DNA of 64,000 nt from Octopus vulgaris (Eukaryota): assembly GCA_951406725.2 (NCBI GenBank), contig OX597820.1:34038001-34102000 (forward strand), given 5' to 3'. This document shows positions 42,720-56,395 of the stretch, piece by piece. Position 1 is the first letter of the stretch; each line of letters opens with the position of its first letter. A program made the translations under genes and the position numbers. The notes beneath the pieces are model-generated. The model saw nothing but the letters and a program-made list of their open reading frames with translations, did no database searches and had not been told where the DNA came from.

Positions 42720-43752
42720 TGTTAAAAACAAGGACACCGGACAGTAAGAAAATAAGAATTGAGCATCCAACAATTTTAGGTTCATTGTGGGTTGATGCGA
42801 ATATGTATGTATGTATGAATCTATGTTTGTATGTGTGTGTGAGAGACTTTTAGGACATTCAACCATAGAAACCATGCCAAAAGAGCCATTTGGAGTTTGA
42901 ACAGCACCCCGGCTGGCCAGCTCCTGTCAAACTGTCCAACCTATGCCAGCATGGAAAATCGTTGTTAAAGAATGATGATGATGATGATGATTTAGGTGTA
43001 GAAATCGATGCCAAAGCAGAGATGAAAACTTGGCACAGTTCCCTGGCTTGTTGGCTCCTGTCAATCCATCCAACCCATGCCAGCATGGAACACAGGCGTT
43101 TCATTATGATAATAAAAGCTGATAATATAAATGTTGGCTGGTTGGTTGTTTCACTGATATCTCCAGTTAGGCTTTACATTGTATAGAGAAAGGAACAAAA
43201 GTAAGAGAGATACAGAAAGAGTTAACATAAGAGGTGTAAGATGAGTGCACATGAGAAGCTTGGTAACAGTCACTGAGTAGAGAATGTAACATACACACAG
43301 AGTGAGAGAGACAGAGAATCATTGAAACACAAAGAAGAGAGGGTAAATAACAGGATAGTAATGGGATGAGTTATACACGAGAACATTGCTTTATGTCAAT
43401 TTATTTTAAGGTAATAAGTATTTTTCATATAAAAATTAGCATTTATTTCATCATTTTCTATGAATGCCAAAAGATTTAGACACACATACACATGCACAAA
43501 TGTACATAAGCTGTACACAAATTCAACATAAGACATAAAAATGATATCTTCTTACGTTACGTATATAAATATGTATATACATATTTACATACATACACAC
43601 ACATGTGTGTGTGTGTGTGAACAAGCATACACATATATAAAGGCTTTACAGTTTGGGATGATTATGTAAGAGATAACCACTCTTGCAGAATTGAAATTAT
43701 ACAAGTGGCTTTTGTATATATGTATGTGTGTGTGTCTATATATATATATATA

Positions 43753-43818
<66 letters not shown>

Positions 43819-44269
43819 TATATGTATACACACATATTTATATATATACATATACACATACATATATACATATATACATACACACATACACACACACACA
43901 GATATATAGCGTCATGAATGTTGTTGGTGTTGTTGTTGTTGCTGCTGGCATAATCATCAGCTCTAACACTTCATGTTTGTTTTCCATGTTGGTATGTGTT
44001 GAATAGTTTCATTGCTGTGCTCCTAAATGGATCGGAACACCACATGCTGCTTTTAAATTTCCTTTTTTGCCATGGTTTCTACAGCTGGATACCTTTCCTT
44101 ACACCAACCACTACAGAGTGTACGAAATGCATTTTTTTTTTGTTGCACTAATACATGGAAGGTTGGCACATTTTCAACAGAACTGTATAAATAGATAGTT
44201 ATGTATCAGTTTATCTATACCTCAGTCTGTCCATCCATCTGTCCATCCATCCATCAATATATATATATA

Positions 44270-44580
44270 ACACATGATCACGTGACTGACCAGGCTATCA
44301 GATGTTGCTACACATCGCTGGTCACAATGTGCTTTGCATTGTTTTGTTAGCCTTCAAATGATGCCACCCCGCTGGCTAAGCAAGCAGGCCAACAGAAGAA
44401 AGAGTGAGAGAAAGTTGAGGTGAGAGAGTACAGCAGGGATCGCTACCACCCCCTGCTGGAGCCCCATGGAGCTTTAGGTGTTTTCACTCAATAAACACCC
44501 ACAACACCCGGTCTGGGGATCGAAACCGCGATGCTACGACCGTGATTCCACTGCCCTAACCACTGGGCCATTGTGCCTAC
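44270..44580 (-). mobile_element. tRNA-derived SINE (distinct family)
   Basis: Head GTAGGCACAATGGCCCAGTGGTTAGG..GGTTTCGATCCCC with A and B boxes. Confidence 0.7.
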
Positions 44581-44813
44581 ACACACACACACATATATAT
44601 ATGGAGCAAAATATTCAGGAGAAAATATTTGCAAAGATATCACTGACTTTATTATTATCTAGAGATTGTCTAGCCAGTTTACCTTTGGATGGTTGATTTC
44701 TGTAGTTACTATCAGTGAATTTTGGCGCTTTAAATAAGTGTTTTGACTGTCATTTCCAGCAGATAGACATACTTAGTATGTCCTTTGATTAATTTTAATC
44801 CTTCAGCTAGATG

Positions 44814-44858
<45 letters not shown>

Positions 44859-44896
44859 ACATTCCCTATATAATTCATATATAAATAAAGATAAAA

Positions 44897-45231
44897 AGAC
44901 CCCCTTCCATCATGAATGACCATGGGATTGCACCAAGAAAGCTCCCCTCCAAGGTACATGTCTGGACAAGGCTGTTTATAGAAGACCAGCAGTCAGCAAT
45001 GCATACCAGCCTCCCCTCTCCATGCCACCAATGTTATCCAAGGGAAAAACAAAGGCCGATACAGCTTGGCACCAGTGATGTTGCAACTCAATTCTACAGC
45101 TGACTGAACTGGAGTAAGATGGAATAAAGTATCTTGCTCAAGAACACAACACACAGCCCAATCCAGGAATTGAACTCACTATCTCATGATTGTGAGCTTG
45201 AGACACTAACCACTGAGCCATGTGCCTTCAC
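44897..45231 (-). mobile_element. tRNA-head SINE with a CORE-like segment; second copy at 48918-49252
   Basis: Head TGGCTCAGTGGTTAG..GAGTTCAATTCCTGG, then TGTGTTCTTGAGCAAGA(T/C)ACTTTATT; the two copies align over their length. Confidence 0.75.
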
Positions 45232-45589
45232 TATAATATATATATATTATAAAGAGAGAGTGAAAGAGAGAAAGAGATAATCAGTCAGATGAATAGATAG
45301 ATGATAGAGAAATATCATATGTTAACAAGCCTTAATCTAGAAATTATAAAGTTTTGCTCCTGACCACCCCCCGCCACTGCTGCCACCAGTACCAGCACCA
45401 CCCCTGTCACTGACAACAACATTATCAGTATCCAATTTTGGGTTGATCCTGTTGCTTATATGAATTACATAAAAGTGCACTTGATGTGTTACCCTGACAA
45501 ATCAACATCCAACATCATCATTATCATCACCACTGCTAACGCCAGCTCCCTCATGCAACTTCTTTTTATTTATCAACCCTCACCACCAC

Positions 45590-45960
45590 CACTACCACTA
45601 TGATCACTGACACCACTGCCTGCAATATCATCATTATCATCATCGCTTTTGTTAAGATCATCTTTGTTGTAGTCATCATTGTCATCATTATCATCATCAC
45701 CACCATCATCATAATTGTCATTATCAACCTCATCATCATCATAAATGTCATTATCAACCTCATCATCATCATCATCATAATTGTCATTATCAACCTCATC
45801 ATCATCATCATGTCATCATCATCATCACTCATCATCATAATTATCATTATCAACCTCATCATCATCATCATCATCATTGCTGTCATCTTCATCACCGTCA
45901 TCATCATCATCATCATTGACTTCATCACTACCATTGCCACATTCAACATTTACCACTACT
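45590..45960. repeat. (ATC)n-derived minisatellite
   Basis: TGTCATTATCAACCTCATCATCATC units; it generates the poly-M/I/D pseudo-ORFs. Confidence 0.85.
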
Positions 45961-46013
45961 AAATCAACATCATCAGAAATATGAGTGCCGCCCACGTCCA
46001 CTAAAATGCACAA

Positions 46014-46062
<49 letters not shown>

Positions 46063-46380
46063 GTATGTATTCATTTACTGTAAACAAGATCCAAAAATAT
46101 AATACTAACAATATCAGATTGCATAAGACAGACTTTGTTTACAAATATGTTGCAAAGCAGGCAAGTTTTAGACAAGGAAGAAATTGGGGTGGAAGGGAGA
46201 GGGGATATGAGGGACAGGGAGAGGCAAAAAGAAAATGAGAGAGAGAAACAAAAACTAAATATGTATATATATATGTATTTGTATGTGTGTGTATACGTAT
46301 GTGTGAGATGTGTGGCTATATATATATTTACATACAGATATATATGTGTTTGTGTGATTGTATGTAGAGCATGGATGTGG

Positions 46381-46425
<45 letters not shown>

Positions 46426-47077
46426 GGAGAGTATTGTAGTTTGCTTGAAGCATTGTGTATTGTTTGTAAAGAATATCTGGAGAAGGAATTTTATTCTGAA
46501 ATATCATCAGACTATGGATAACTAAATTACAATAGGTATATAGCCCAATGTATTATAGTGCATTGTTGTACCATTCAAAACTTTTTATTCTTTATACACA
46601 CACACATGTCTATACATCATCATCATTGTTTAGCATCCGCTTTCCATGCTAGAATGGGATGGATGGTTCAACTGGGGTCTGGGAAGCCAGAAGGCTGCAC
46701 CAGACGCAGTCTGATCTGGCAATGTTTCTACGGCTGGATGCCCTTCCTAACGCCAACCACTCCATGAGTGTGGTGGGTGCTTTTTATGTGCCAGACAAGG
46801 CTGGCAAACAGCCACAATCGGATGGTGCTTTTTACGTGCAACCGGCACGGGGGCCAGGCGAGGCTGGCAACGGCCACAATCAGATGGTGCTTTTTACGTG
46901 CCACCGGCACGAAGCCAGTTGGGGTGGCGCTGGCAACGGCCACGTTCAGATGGTTCTCTTATGTACCACCGGCACTGGTATCACAGCTGCAATTTCCATT
47001 CATTGATGTTGATCGATTTCGATTTTCACTTGCCTCAACAGGTCTTCACAAGTAGAGGTCTTCACACGTATGTATAT

Positions 47078-47918
47078 TAGGCGTCGGCAATCTAAACCAG
47101 GCTGCAGGCCACTGGGCCACGTCTAGGCCACCTTGCGGGCCGCACCACCCTCCCAAACCGAAAAAATAACAAAGATACAAAATCAATGAAAATAAATGCA
47201 AATTGAACCTTTATTAAGACTTACAGTAATCACAATGTGAAATGATTAGTGTGAAGGCTGGTGATTCTTTGAAACAGATAGAGAGTCAATGTCCAGTTTG
47301 ATGGACGAGGAGGCCAGAGGGAGAACACCTCGAAGATGAGCGTCTGTAAGCTGTTCTCTCGTCTTGTTCTTCGTCAGCTTCATGCAGCTGAACAGCTGCT
47401 TGCAGGAGTATGTGGACCCGAACAAGTGCTGGGAAAGCATGGGAGGCTGAGAGCAAGTGCCAGAACTCCATGGGTGATGCAAGCGCAAACTTTGCGTGGT
47501 GGCTCTCTGAGCACTGGGACGCAATGAGCTCCAGCTGAAGGTCGTTGGCCACTTTCACAGAATCCACATCAAAGGGAGCGGAGAGCAGCTTGTGCTCCTC
47601 ACAGGCGTGCACTTCTTTGAAGTGTCTCTCGAACTCGCCTCGCAGCTCAGACAGTATCAGACAAAAGGATGATTTCTTCTTTCTCTCTAACTCTATCAGA
47701 ATTCTTCTCCAAAGTTACATTTATTCAGTGTCAGTATTATGAAAGTAGGACACTGTTCTGGCTGGGGAGAAGACAGCTGCTCTGTTAAATTTGCCGTCGG
47801 TTCAAAAAACCCTACTGGGTCACAGGAAATGTCTCGCGGGCCGCACCTAATGGAAATCCGGACAAGGCACTGTGGGCTGCATGGGAGGAACTCACAGGCT
47901 ACAGGTTGCTGACGCCTG
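47078..47918 (-). mobile_element. Non-autonomous hAT (Charlie/SPIN/GTF2IRD2-like) transposon retaining the transposase C-terminus
   Basis: TIRs TAGGCGTCGGCAATCT / AGGTTGCTGACGCCTG; 8-bp TSD ATGTATAT/ATATATAT; hATC motif LQLELI..FGSTYSCKQLFSCMKLTKNKTREQLTDAHL..HQPSH* (frameshifted). Confidence 0.9.
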
Positions 47919-49920
47919 ATATATATAGTTATATGTATCTTTATACATATATATGGCACTCAGTCGGTTATCGTGATGGGGGTTCCAGTTGATCCAATTA
48001 ATGGAACAGCATGCTCATGAAATTAACATGCATATAGTTGAGCACTCCACAGACACACGAACCCATAATGTAGTTCTCAGGGAGAATCAGCATGACACAG
48101 GTTATGACAAGGCTGGCAAAATTGAATAGTACCTGTAGCTCACTACAGGTACTATTCAATTTTGCCAGCTGAGTGAACTGGAGCAACGTGTGAAACAAAG
48201 TTTCTTACTCCAGTTCACAGCAAGTCGCCAGGAATTGAACTCATGGACCTTATGAATGTGAGCTGAATACCCTAACCACTAAGCCATATATCTTCACATA
48301 TATATATCTGTGTGTGTGTGTATGTGTTTTTGGGTGAGCATGTGTGTGTGGTGCGTTTATTACATGTATGAATTCATATAGATATGCATGTACACACACA
48401 TATATAAGGTGCAGGCATGTCTGTGTGGTTAAGAAGATTACTTTGGGTTCAGTCTAATAGCACACCACTCAGACATCTTCTTTAATAGCCCTAGGCAGAC
48501 CAATAACTCGAACTTTTTAACCAGAACTGCATCTAAACTCAGTGCGTATATATATGTCTGTGTAAGGTAGGAAGCTGGCAGAAACGTTAGCATGCCGGAC
48601 GAAATGCTTAGCAGTATTTCGTCTGCTGTTATGTTCTGAGTTCAAATTTTGCTGAGGTTGACTTTGCCTTTCATCCTTTCGGGGTCAATTACATAAGTAC
48701 CAGTTACACGCTGGGGTTGATGTAATCAACTTAATCCCTTTGTCTGTCCATGTTTGGCTCCTCTATGTTTATCCCCCTGTAATAAGGAAATAAGTATATA
48801 TGTGTGTGTGTATGCATACATCTTTGCGTTTGGCTCTAATCACTTGACAACCAGTGTTGGTTTGTTTACATCCCAGTAAAACAGCAGTTCAGAGAAATGT
48901 GGTCAATGAAATTCTGAGACCCCCTTCAGTCATGACATTGACTATGGGATTGCACCTAGAAAGTTACCCTCCCAGGCACAAGTCCAGGCAAGGTTGTTTA
49001 TGGAAGACCAGCATTCGCCCATGCATACCGGCCTCCTCTCTCCCCACCACCAGTGTTATCCAAGGGAAAGGCAAGGGCCAATACAGCTTGGTATCTGTGA
49101 CGTCGCAACTCATTTCTACAGCTGAGTGAACTGGAGCAACGTGAAATAAAGTGTCTTGCTCAAGAACACAACACACAGCCTGGTCCAGGATTCGAGCTCA
49201 CAACCTCACGATCGTAAGCTCGATGCTCTACCCACTGAGCCATGTGGCTTTACAATGAAATACATACCAGACAAAGTAAGTACTGGGGTCAATTTGAACA
49301 ACTAAACTCTTCAACATGGGGCCCTAGCATGGCCTGAGTTCAATGACTTGAATAAGTAGAAGAATAAGAGCATGCATGTGGGTCTGTATGTATGTCTGTT
49401 TGCATGTCTGTTTGCACACACACACACACACATACACGCACACACACATGCGCGTGCACACACACATGCACGCACACACACACACACACACACATTAAGC
49501 TTTTGCAAGGAAAAGGCTGACAGAAACATCAAATTTTCAATTTGCTGGCTTTTAATATGATAAAGGCAAGCACAACTTTTTCCATCTAAAAGTTTTAATG
49601 AGCATTTTACTCTGCTGAAGGATATTGAGCAATCCTTCAGTTTAATTTTAAATTGCTTTTTTAAATCACTTAAAATTAAAACACACACACATGTGCGCAC
49701 GTATGCGCATGCACATATATATAGACATGCACACACTAACATGCACACACAGGAAAACGTACATTTATGCTTATGTTCACATGCACATACACAAACTTAC
49801 ATCGATACACACACACACACACACACAGAAACACAAAGAGAGGGAGAGAGAGGGAGACTGAAAGAGATAGAAAAACATGCACATATGTTTATGCTGATCC
49901 CTGTTTGTTATCTTGCACGA

Positions 49921-49968
<48 letters not shown>

Positions 49969-51012
49969 GCGTGCGTGCTGTGTGATGAAAAAAGAAACTG
50001 CTTACAAACAGCCTGAACAAAACAAAAATGTTTTTCTTTCGAAATGCAACAACAACAACAACAGCAAAAAAAACAGAAAGAGCAACGAAAGTACAAAAAC
50101 ACGGTATCAGAAAGAGGTGGATTGGGGCAGGGGGGGCAGGGTGTGTTTTGATGCTCAGAGTAGAGTTGTGATTCATTAGAAAGTTACATCTTCAATCAGT
50201 GACCACCCACCCACCACCTCTCCCACCTCTTCACTCCATATCTGTTGGCACCCTGTTCACACTTCTACTGATACCTAGAATATTTAGAACAAAGTACAAG
50301 TACTTTTAAGAGTCCATAGCAATAGTAACGTTTCTCTCATGTTAGTAGACAGCAGGTGTATGTATATATCTATATCATCATCATTGTTTAATGTCCACTT
50401 TCCATGCTAGCATGGGTTGGACAATTTAACTGAGGGCTGGCGAACCAGATGGCTGCACCAGGCTCCAATCTTGATCTGGCAGAGATTCTACAGCTGGATG
50501 CCCTTCCTAACACCAACCACTTCGAGAGTGTAGTGGGTGTCTTTACGTGCCACTGGCACTGGGGCCAGTCAGGTGGCACTAGCAATGACCTTGCTGATAA
50601 TGATCACGCTTGAATGGTGCCTTTTACGTGCCACCAGCATGGAAGCCAGTTAGCCACTCTTAGCACCCTACTAGCATGTGGCACAAGTGCCAGTAATGCG
50701 ACACTGGTAACGATCACACTCAAATGGTGCCTTTTATGTGCCACTGGCATGGAAGCTGGTTAGCCGCTCTGTCAACGACATATATATATATATATGAACA
50801 ATAATAAATCTCTGAGCGAGGTATAAACAGTGGCTGCACGACATCATGAAGTATATTTGCCACTTAAATGTAGCTAACCCTTAAGGGTGGATGCTACTGT
50901 AGCTTGTAGCCCCAGGAAGACACCTCCTCCAGCTGGCTATAGACACACTTTCTGTGCCCTATCAGTATTTGCAAAGGGAAGTCATCCTTCCCATTTTCAA
51001 CCTGACGAGATA

Positions 51013-51057
51013 CACACGGACTCGAGTTTCTGGATATTGAACCGTCATCAGCGTGTG
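51013..51057 (-). ncRNA. Minimal type-I hammerhead ribozyme motif (PLE/retrozyme type)
   Basis: Minus strand CACACG-CUGAUGA-CGGUUCAAUAUCCA-GAAA-CUCGAG-UC-CGUGUG: 6-bp stem I, canonical core, palindromic stem III, GUC site; stem II imperfect. Confidence 0.8.
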
Positions 51058-51276
51058 ACAATCACCGATTGTCAATGACACACACACATGTTTTATTATG
51101 GTCAACTCAGTCTCTTGTTTGTCTGGAAACACTGTGCTCCCACAGGTGAAACTCAGAGTAGCAAGAGATTGACTTGGTCACAATAAAATTTATCATTAAT
51201 TTCTACTATAGTTTTAATTACTATTTTTTCCACCACCACCCACCCACCCATCAATCCATCCAAACACACACACTCG

Positions 51277-51321
<45 letters not shown>

Positions 51322-51818
51322 CTGTGGTGGTGAGGGAACCTATCCAATAATTTTAAGAAGGAGAATTTTAACACCATTGTGGGAATAGAACACGTGGATA
51401 AACTACAGAAACTATCAGGACAGCAGACATCTATTTCATTCTTCAACTGCCAAAGTGAAGAAAGTGAATTCTTAGGAATGATGTAAACAAAACTATTAAT
51501 AGTACAAATATGTTTATGCCATGGTAGAAAGTTATCAACTGAGGTTTAAAAACAAGTTAATGAACCAGCTGAGTGTGGTTATGAAGAAATATAAAAATAA
51601 AATACAATAACACACACACATGTTTACATGCTACTATTAATAACTCTATATGTGAGGCTTGAGACACAGCTTTCCTCAAAAGAACATATGTATGTATATA
51701 TACATTCACACTTATATATGTACATATGTGATGTATATATATATATATATACTGTCACTATGATTGATCACTAAATCCACAAGTTTTTTTCATTCTCTCT
51801 CTGTTTATTTCCTCGTGT

Positions 51819-51857
51819 TCTTTTCTGATGAAGATCATAGGCTCGAAACGTAAAAGA
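51819..51857 (+). ncRNA. Minimal hammerhead motif in a ~200-bp pLTR-like element (about 51750-51948)
   Basis: UCUUUU-CUGAUGA-A-GAUCAUAGGCUC-GAAACGUA-AAAGA; stems I and II imperfect. Confidence 0.65.
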
Positions 51858-52148
51858 CTCTCTCACTTAACCAAGTGTCAAACTAATACTCCTGCTTATT
51901 GTTTATACACCTGTCTTCATCTTTTGTTTTTCTGTAAATTTCAACTATATATACATATATATCTGTATGTATGTATGTATGTATGTATGTTTGTATGTTA
52001 TCATCATCATCGTTTAACGTCCGCTTTCCATGCTAGCATGGGTTGGACGATTTGACTGAGGGCTGGCGAACCAGATGGCTGCACCAGGCTCCAATCTTGA
52101 TCTGGCTGAGTTTCTACACACACACACATATATATATATATCTGTATG

Positions 52149-52199
<51 letters not shown>

Positions 52200-53607
52200 A
52201 TATATAATAATAATAATAATAATAATACTAACAACAACAATAATCTTTCGTATTAGAGGGCACAAAGCCTGAAATTTGGTGGACGGGGACTAGTCGATTA
52301 CTCCCCCCCCCCCTCCCACCCGTGTTTCACTGGTACTTAATTTATCAACCCTGAAAGGATGAAAGGGAAAGTCAACCTCAGCAGAACTTGAACTCAGAAT
52401 GTAAATTTTCGTCGCTTTGAAACTGTGAAAATATTTGACACAAATTAAATCTAAATGTTGAAGTGAATCTAACGTTTTTTTTTGTGTTCTTGGCTTATAA
52501 ACGTCTTCCACACTGCAATTGTTTTTGTTTCAGCACACGATCTCAGATCAAGTCACTTGCTATGCAAGTACATCTTCATAATATATATATATATATACAT
52601 ACACACACACACACATATATGATAGAGACAGAAAATGGAATACTCGGGAAACGTTATAACTCGCAATGATTGTTTTGACACATCCTGCATTAACCCCTTA
52701 GTGTACTACTAAGAAAATGCCCAACACTTACAGATATATATGTATGTATAAATATTTTATATATTTTTTTATGAGTCCAAAACAAATCAAGTTATAAAGA
52801 ATTAATAATACAGATCAATGATTAGTGCTGGTATTTCAAATTTATGGAGAAAAGGTGTTGATAGGTATTGTACTAACCATCAATTTGGATTGTTTTGGCA
52901 TTACATAAAAATATATTTACAATATATATATACATATATACATACATACATCGTCCGGCACCTGTGTCAGTGGCATGTAAAAAGCACCCACTACACTCAC
53001 GGAGCGGTTGGCGTTAGGAAGGGCATCCAGCTGTAGAAACACTGCCAGATCTGACTGGCCTGATGCAGCCTTCGGGCTTCCCAGAACCCAGTTGAACTGT
53101 CCAACCCATGCTAGCATGGAGGGCGGACGTTAAACGATGATGATGATGATGATATATATATATCAAGCATGCTTCATGTAAATTATATTACTCTACTATA
53201 CATAAAGACGGTGCTCCAGCATGGCCGCAATAAAATGACTGAAACAAATAAAAGAATATGTGCGTCTTTGTTTGTGTGTGTGTGTGATTGAAGGAGCTCT
53301 ATTCAAAGGTGAAGGCTTATCAAAAGTGAAGCACACCAAATATGATAGCTAGGTAGTATGACACACACACACACACACACAGACACTCACAATCCACTCC
53401 TTAAGTGAAGTGGTCATCAATGAAGGGAAGTTCACTGGTGTTTGGTAATCTGCAAATTCAGAAGTATCCAAAATAGAGTCGAACTTTCAGTGTGGTATAA
53501 TATAATAATAAAAAGACAGACAAACAGATTAGATGGTCTTTATGATGTAACATTGTACATTCAGTTAAGCAAGACATGCAACAACCATAAGATTATGAAG
53601 TACATCA

Positions 53608-53990
53608 TCTCTCTATATATAAACGGCAGTTTGTCTGTGTGCGTGTCTGTGTGTCTGTCAGGTTGTACCCTCACCCTGACCACGGCTTTCAACCGATTCT
53701 GATGAAACTTGACACACACATAGCCCAATGTCATAATTCAAAACTAACGCAGCGAAAATTTTGAAAAGTTCCCCCAGTTCTGAAAAAAATCGATAAATTC
53801 GACATGGGGTCGAGAATCAGAAACACAAACCACAGACTGTCTAGGGGACGCAACTCGACCTTTTTAACTCTCAAAAAAAATTTACCATAATTTTTTTCCA
53901 TTTTTTTGCTATCTTTTGGCTATAACTCTCTAAAAATGCTTTATAGTTATTTCCCTTACAAACCCGAGCAACGCCGGGCGATACTGCTAG
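53608..53990 (+). mobile_element. Complete non-autonomous Helitron (383 bp)
   Basis: Inserted at A^T; 5' TCTCTCTATATATAAA; subterminal hairpin CCCGAGCAACGCCGGG; 3' CTAG; no TSD. Confidence 0.9.
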
Positions 53991-54052
53991 TTATATAATA
54001 ACCACAAATCCATAGGCAGGTTCAACAACATATATAGAAATATATATATGTA

Positions 54053-54375
54053 TCATCATCATCATCATCATCGTTTAGCGTCCGTTTTCCATGCTAGCAT
54101 GGGTTGGACGGTTCAACTGGGGTCTGGGGAGCCCGAAGGCTGCACCAGGCCAGTCAGATCTGGCAGTGTTTCTACAGCTGGATGCCCTTCCTAACGCCAA
54201 CCACTCCGAGAGTGTAGTGGGTGATTTTATGTGCCACCGACACAGGTGCCAGACGAGGCTGGCGAACGGCCACGCTCGGATGGTGTTTTTATGTGCCACC
54301 GACACAGGTGCCAGACTAGGCTGGCAGACGGCCACGCTCGGATGGTGTTTTTATGTGCCACCGACACAGGTGCCG
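54053..54375 (-). mobile_element. Family C retroposon with near-identical 61-bp tandem units
   Basis: TTTTATGTGCCACCGACACAGGTGCCAGAC..GGCTGGC..ACGGCCACGCTCGGATGGTG unit, about 2.5 copies. Confidence 0.85.
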
Positions 54376-54996
54376 TATATAAAAAAATACAAAATGGGAC
54401 AAGAACGCAAAACATCTAGACAGTTAGGTGATACAAGAAAGGGACAACAAAACATCCAGATAGATGATACAAAGAAAATAAGGACGGATCATTCAGAGTT
54501 TTCTTTCCTCAGTCGAGTTCCAGATTATCTTTGCAATTTCAGCTGGTTATACTCGAGATTGCTCCAATTTGGCGAGCCCTAAGGAAAAAAACTAAGCTAA
54601 GAGCATTAGATTCCTTGGAAGTAAGCAGCGAATGTATACGAAAACAAGGATGGAAAAAAACGGAGAAAGTTACACAAATACAAATGTGTGAAAATTTATG
54701 TAATGTTTGCAGTTTCAGATATTTGAGTGACACTTCATCAGACTTGCAACCTTACAGTGTGCGTCTTCCAGACATAGTTTTTTTTTTAATGCTTGTATTG
54801 GAAGGAAACAAAATGTAAATAAAAGTACGGTTAGGGGATGAATAATTAGTAGAGAGATCATGTGGGACGGGGGAGGAGGTAGAGATGCTAAGGACATTAA
54901 TAAATTGGGCAAGTGTCTTTTACAATGGCCTCGGGTCGACCAAAGCCTTGTGAGTGGATTTGGTAGGCGGAAACTGAAAGAAGCCCGTCGTATATA

Positions 54997-55043
<47 letters not shown>

Positions 55044-55956
55044 CTGTGTTTGTGTCTGTGTTTGTCTCCCCAACATTGCTTGACAACCGATGCTGGTGTG
55101 TTTACTTAGCGGTTTGGCAAAAGAGGCCGATAAAATAAGTACTAGGCTTACAAAGAATAAGTCCTGGGGTCGATTTGCTCGACTGAAGGCGGTGCTCCAT
55201 CATGGCCACAGTCAAATGACTGAAACAAGTAAGAGTATAGCAAATCAGTTCATCTGGATTTAAAAGATTCTCAGAATGGTCAGTCAGTACAACCTTGTCA
55301 CTAATACCAAATTGCGTTCGATGGATGAAAAATTATTTCAGTTTACCTAGATGTATGTATATACGCACACTGGATGTATGTACATATACATCTGTAGATT
55401 AATTACAAGCTTGTATTAGTTTTAGTCTACTAAATTCACGCATAAGTCTTTTGTCTACTTGGTGCTTTAGTGGAAAGTATTTGCCCAAGGTGCCATGCAG
55501 TGGGACTGAACTCAAAACCTCAAGGAGGGAGGTAAGATCTTAACCACACTGCTATCCCTATGTTTTTTAGGCGAAATAAACATCAGACATGCTTTGCCCC
55601 ACACAGAGACTGCAGAAGACACTCAAGTTTTGCAAGCTTTAGAAGAGCTTGCAAAACCTCTGAGTATCTCCTGCAGTTTTCACATACACAAAGATACAAT
55701 GTGTTTTATAGTCTTTCTGTAAATGAAACGAAGTTTTTTTTTTATATTAAAGTGAAACATATTCATAATTAACTAAGGTGGGGAAAAAGTAGGGGACGAG
55801 AAAACATTTGAAGGAAAAGAAAAGATTATGAACCAAGGGAAATAACTCAACATCAAGTGAGCGGAGTGTTTGGCAAGATATTTCTTCCGTAGAAGTGAAC
55901 ACCGGCTCCTCAGCAGCTGTTCTCGTGTAATTAGCATTTCGATTACGTATACATAC

Positions 55957-56395
55957 AGGCCGTTCTTATACAACAGAGTCGGAATTTATCTAGTCTAGTA
56001 TGCCCCAAACAGTAATTTCTGGGTATGTTTCAAGTATCGTAGATTATGACTGTGCAGAAGAAAAAAAAAGTCATTAAAGAAATATATATATAGGGTGCAA
56101 AAGGGGATATTTTGCCCGATTTCTTTCCCGTTAATTTTTTTCAGCTTTGACTTCCCTTCGACAATTTTTTTTTTCCTGATTTGTATTGTAAAGCAGGGTT
56201 TCCCTACAACTAGGCTGCTAAGCAGTACTAGGACGTGGGTCATTTAGAAAGAGGTGACAGAGAAAAAGAAATTCTCCCTTCATTTTTTTCTTTTTTACAA
56301 AATCGTAATCTACGATACTAAAAACATATACGTCCGAAAAAATTATTGTTTTCAGCGAGCTTGGTAATTTCCGACTCTATTCTACAGGAATGCCG
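55957..56395. mobile_element. Old fold-back or MITE-like element with ~120-bp diverged terminal inverted repeats
   Basis: AGAGTCGGAATTTATC..AAACAGTAATTT..TATGTTTCAAGTATCGTAGATTATGA versus the reverse complement of TCGTAATCTACGATACTAAAAACATA..AATTATTGTTT..GGTAATTTCCGACTCT. Confidence 0.75.

Noticed and set aside
45566-46055. Poly-Met/Ile/Asp ORFs
   Set aside because: Derived from the (ATC)n microsatellite.
50000-50260. Candidate non-coding first exon with a minus-strand TTT|GTAAGC donor
   Set aside because: The donor is weak and there is no independent promoter evidence from sequence alone.
54225-54375. CRISPR-like repeat-spacer array
   Set aside because: The 'spacers' are homologous, the units lie within a dispersed eukaryotic retroposon, and there are no cas genes.
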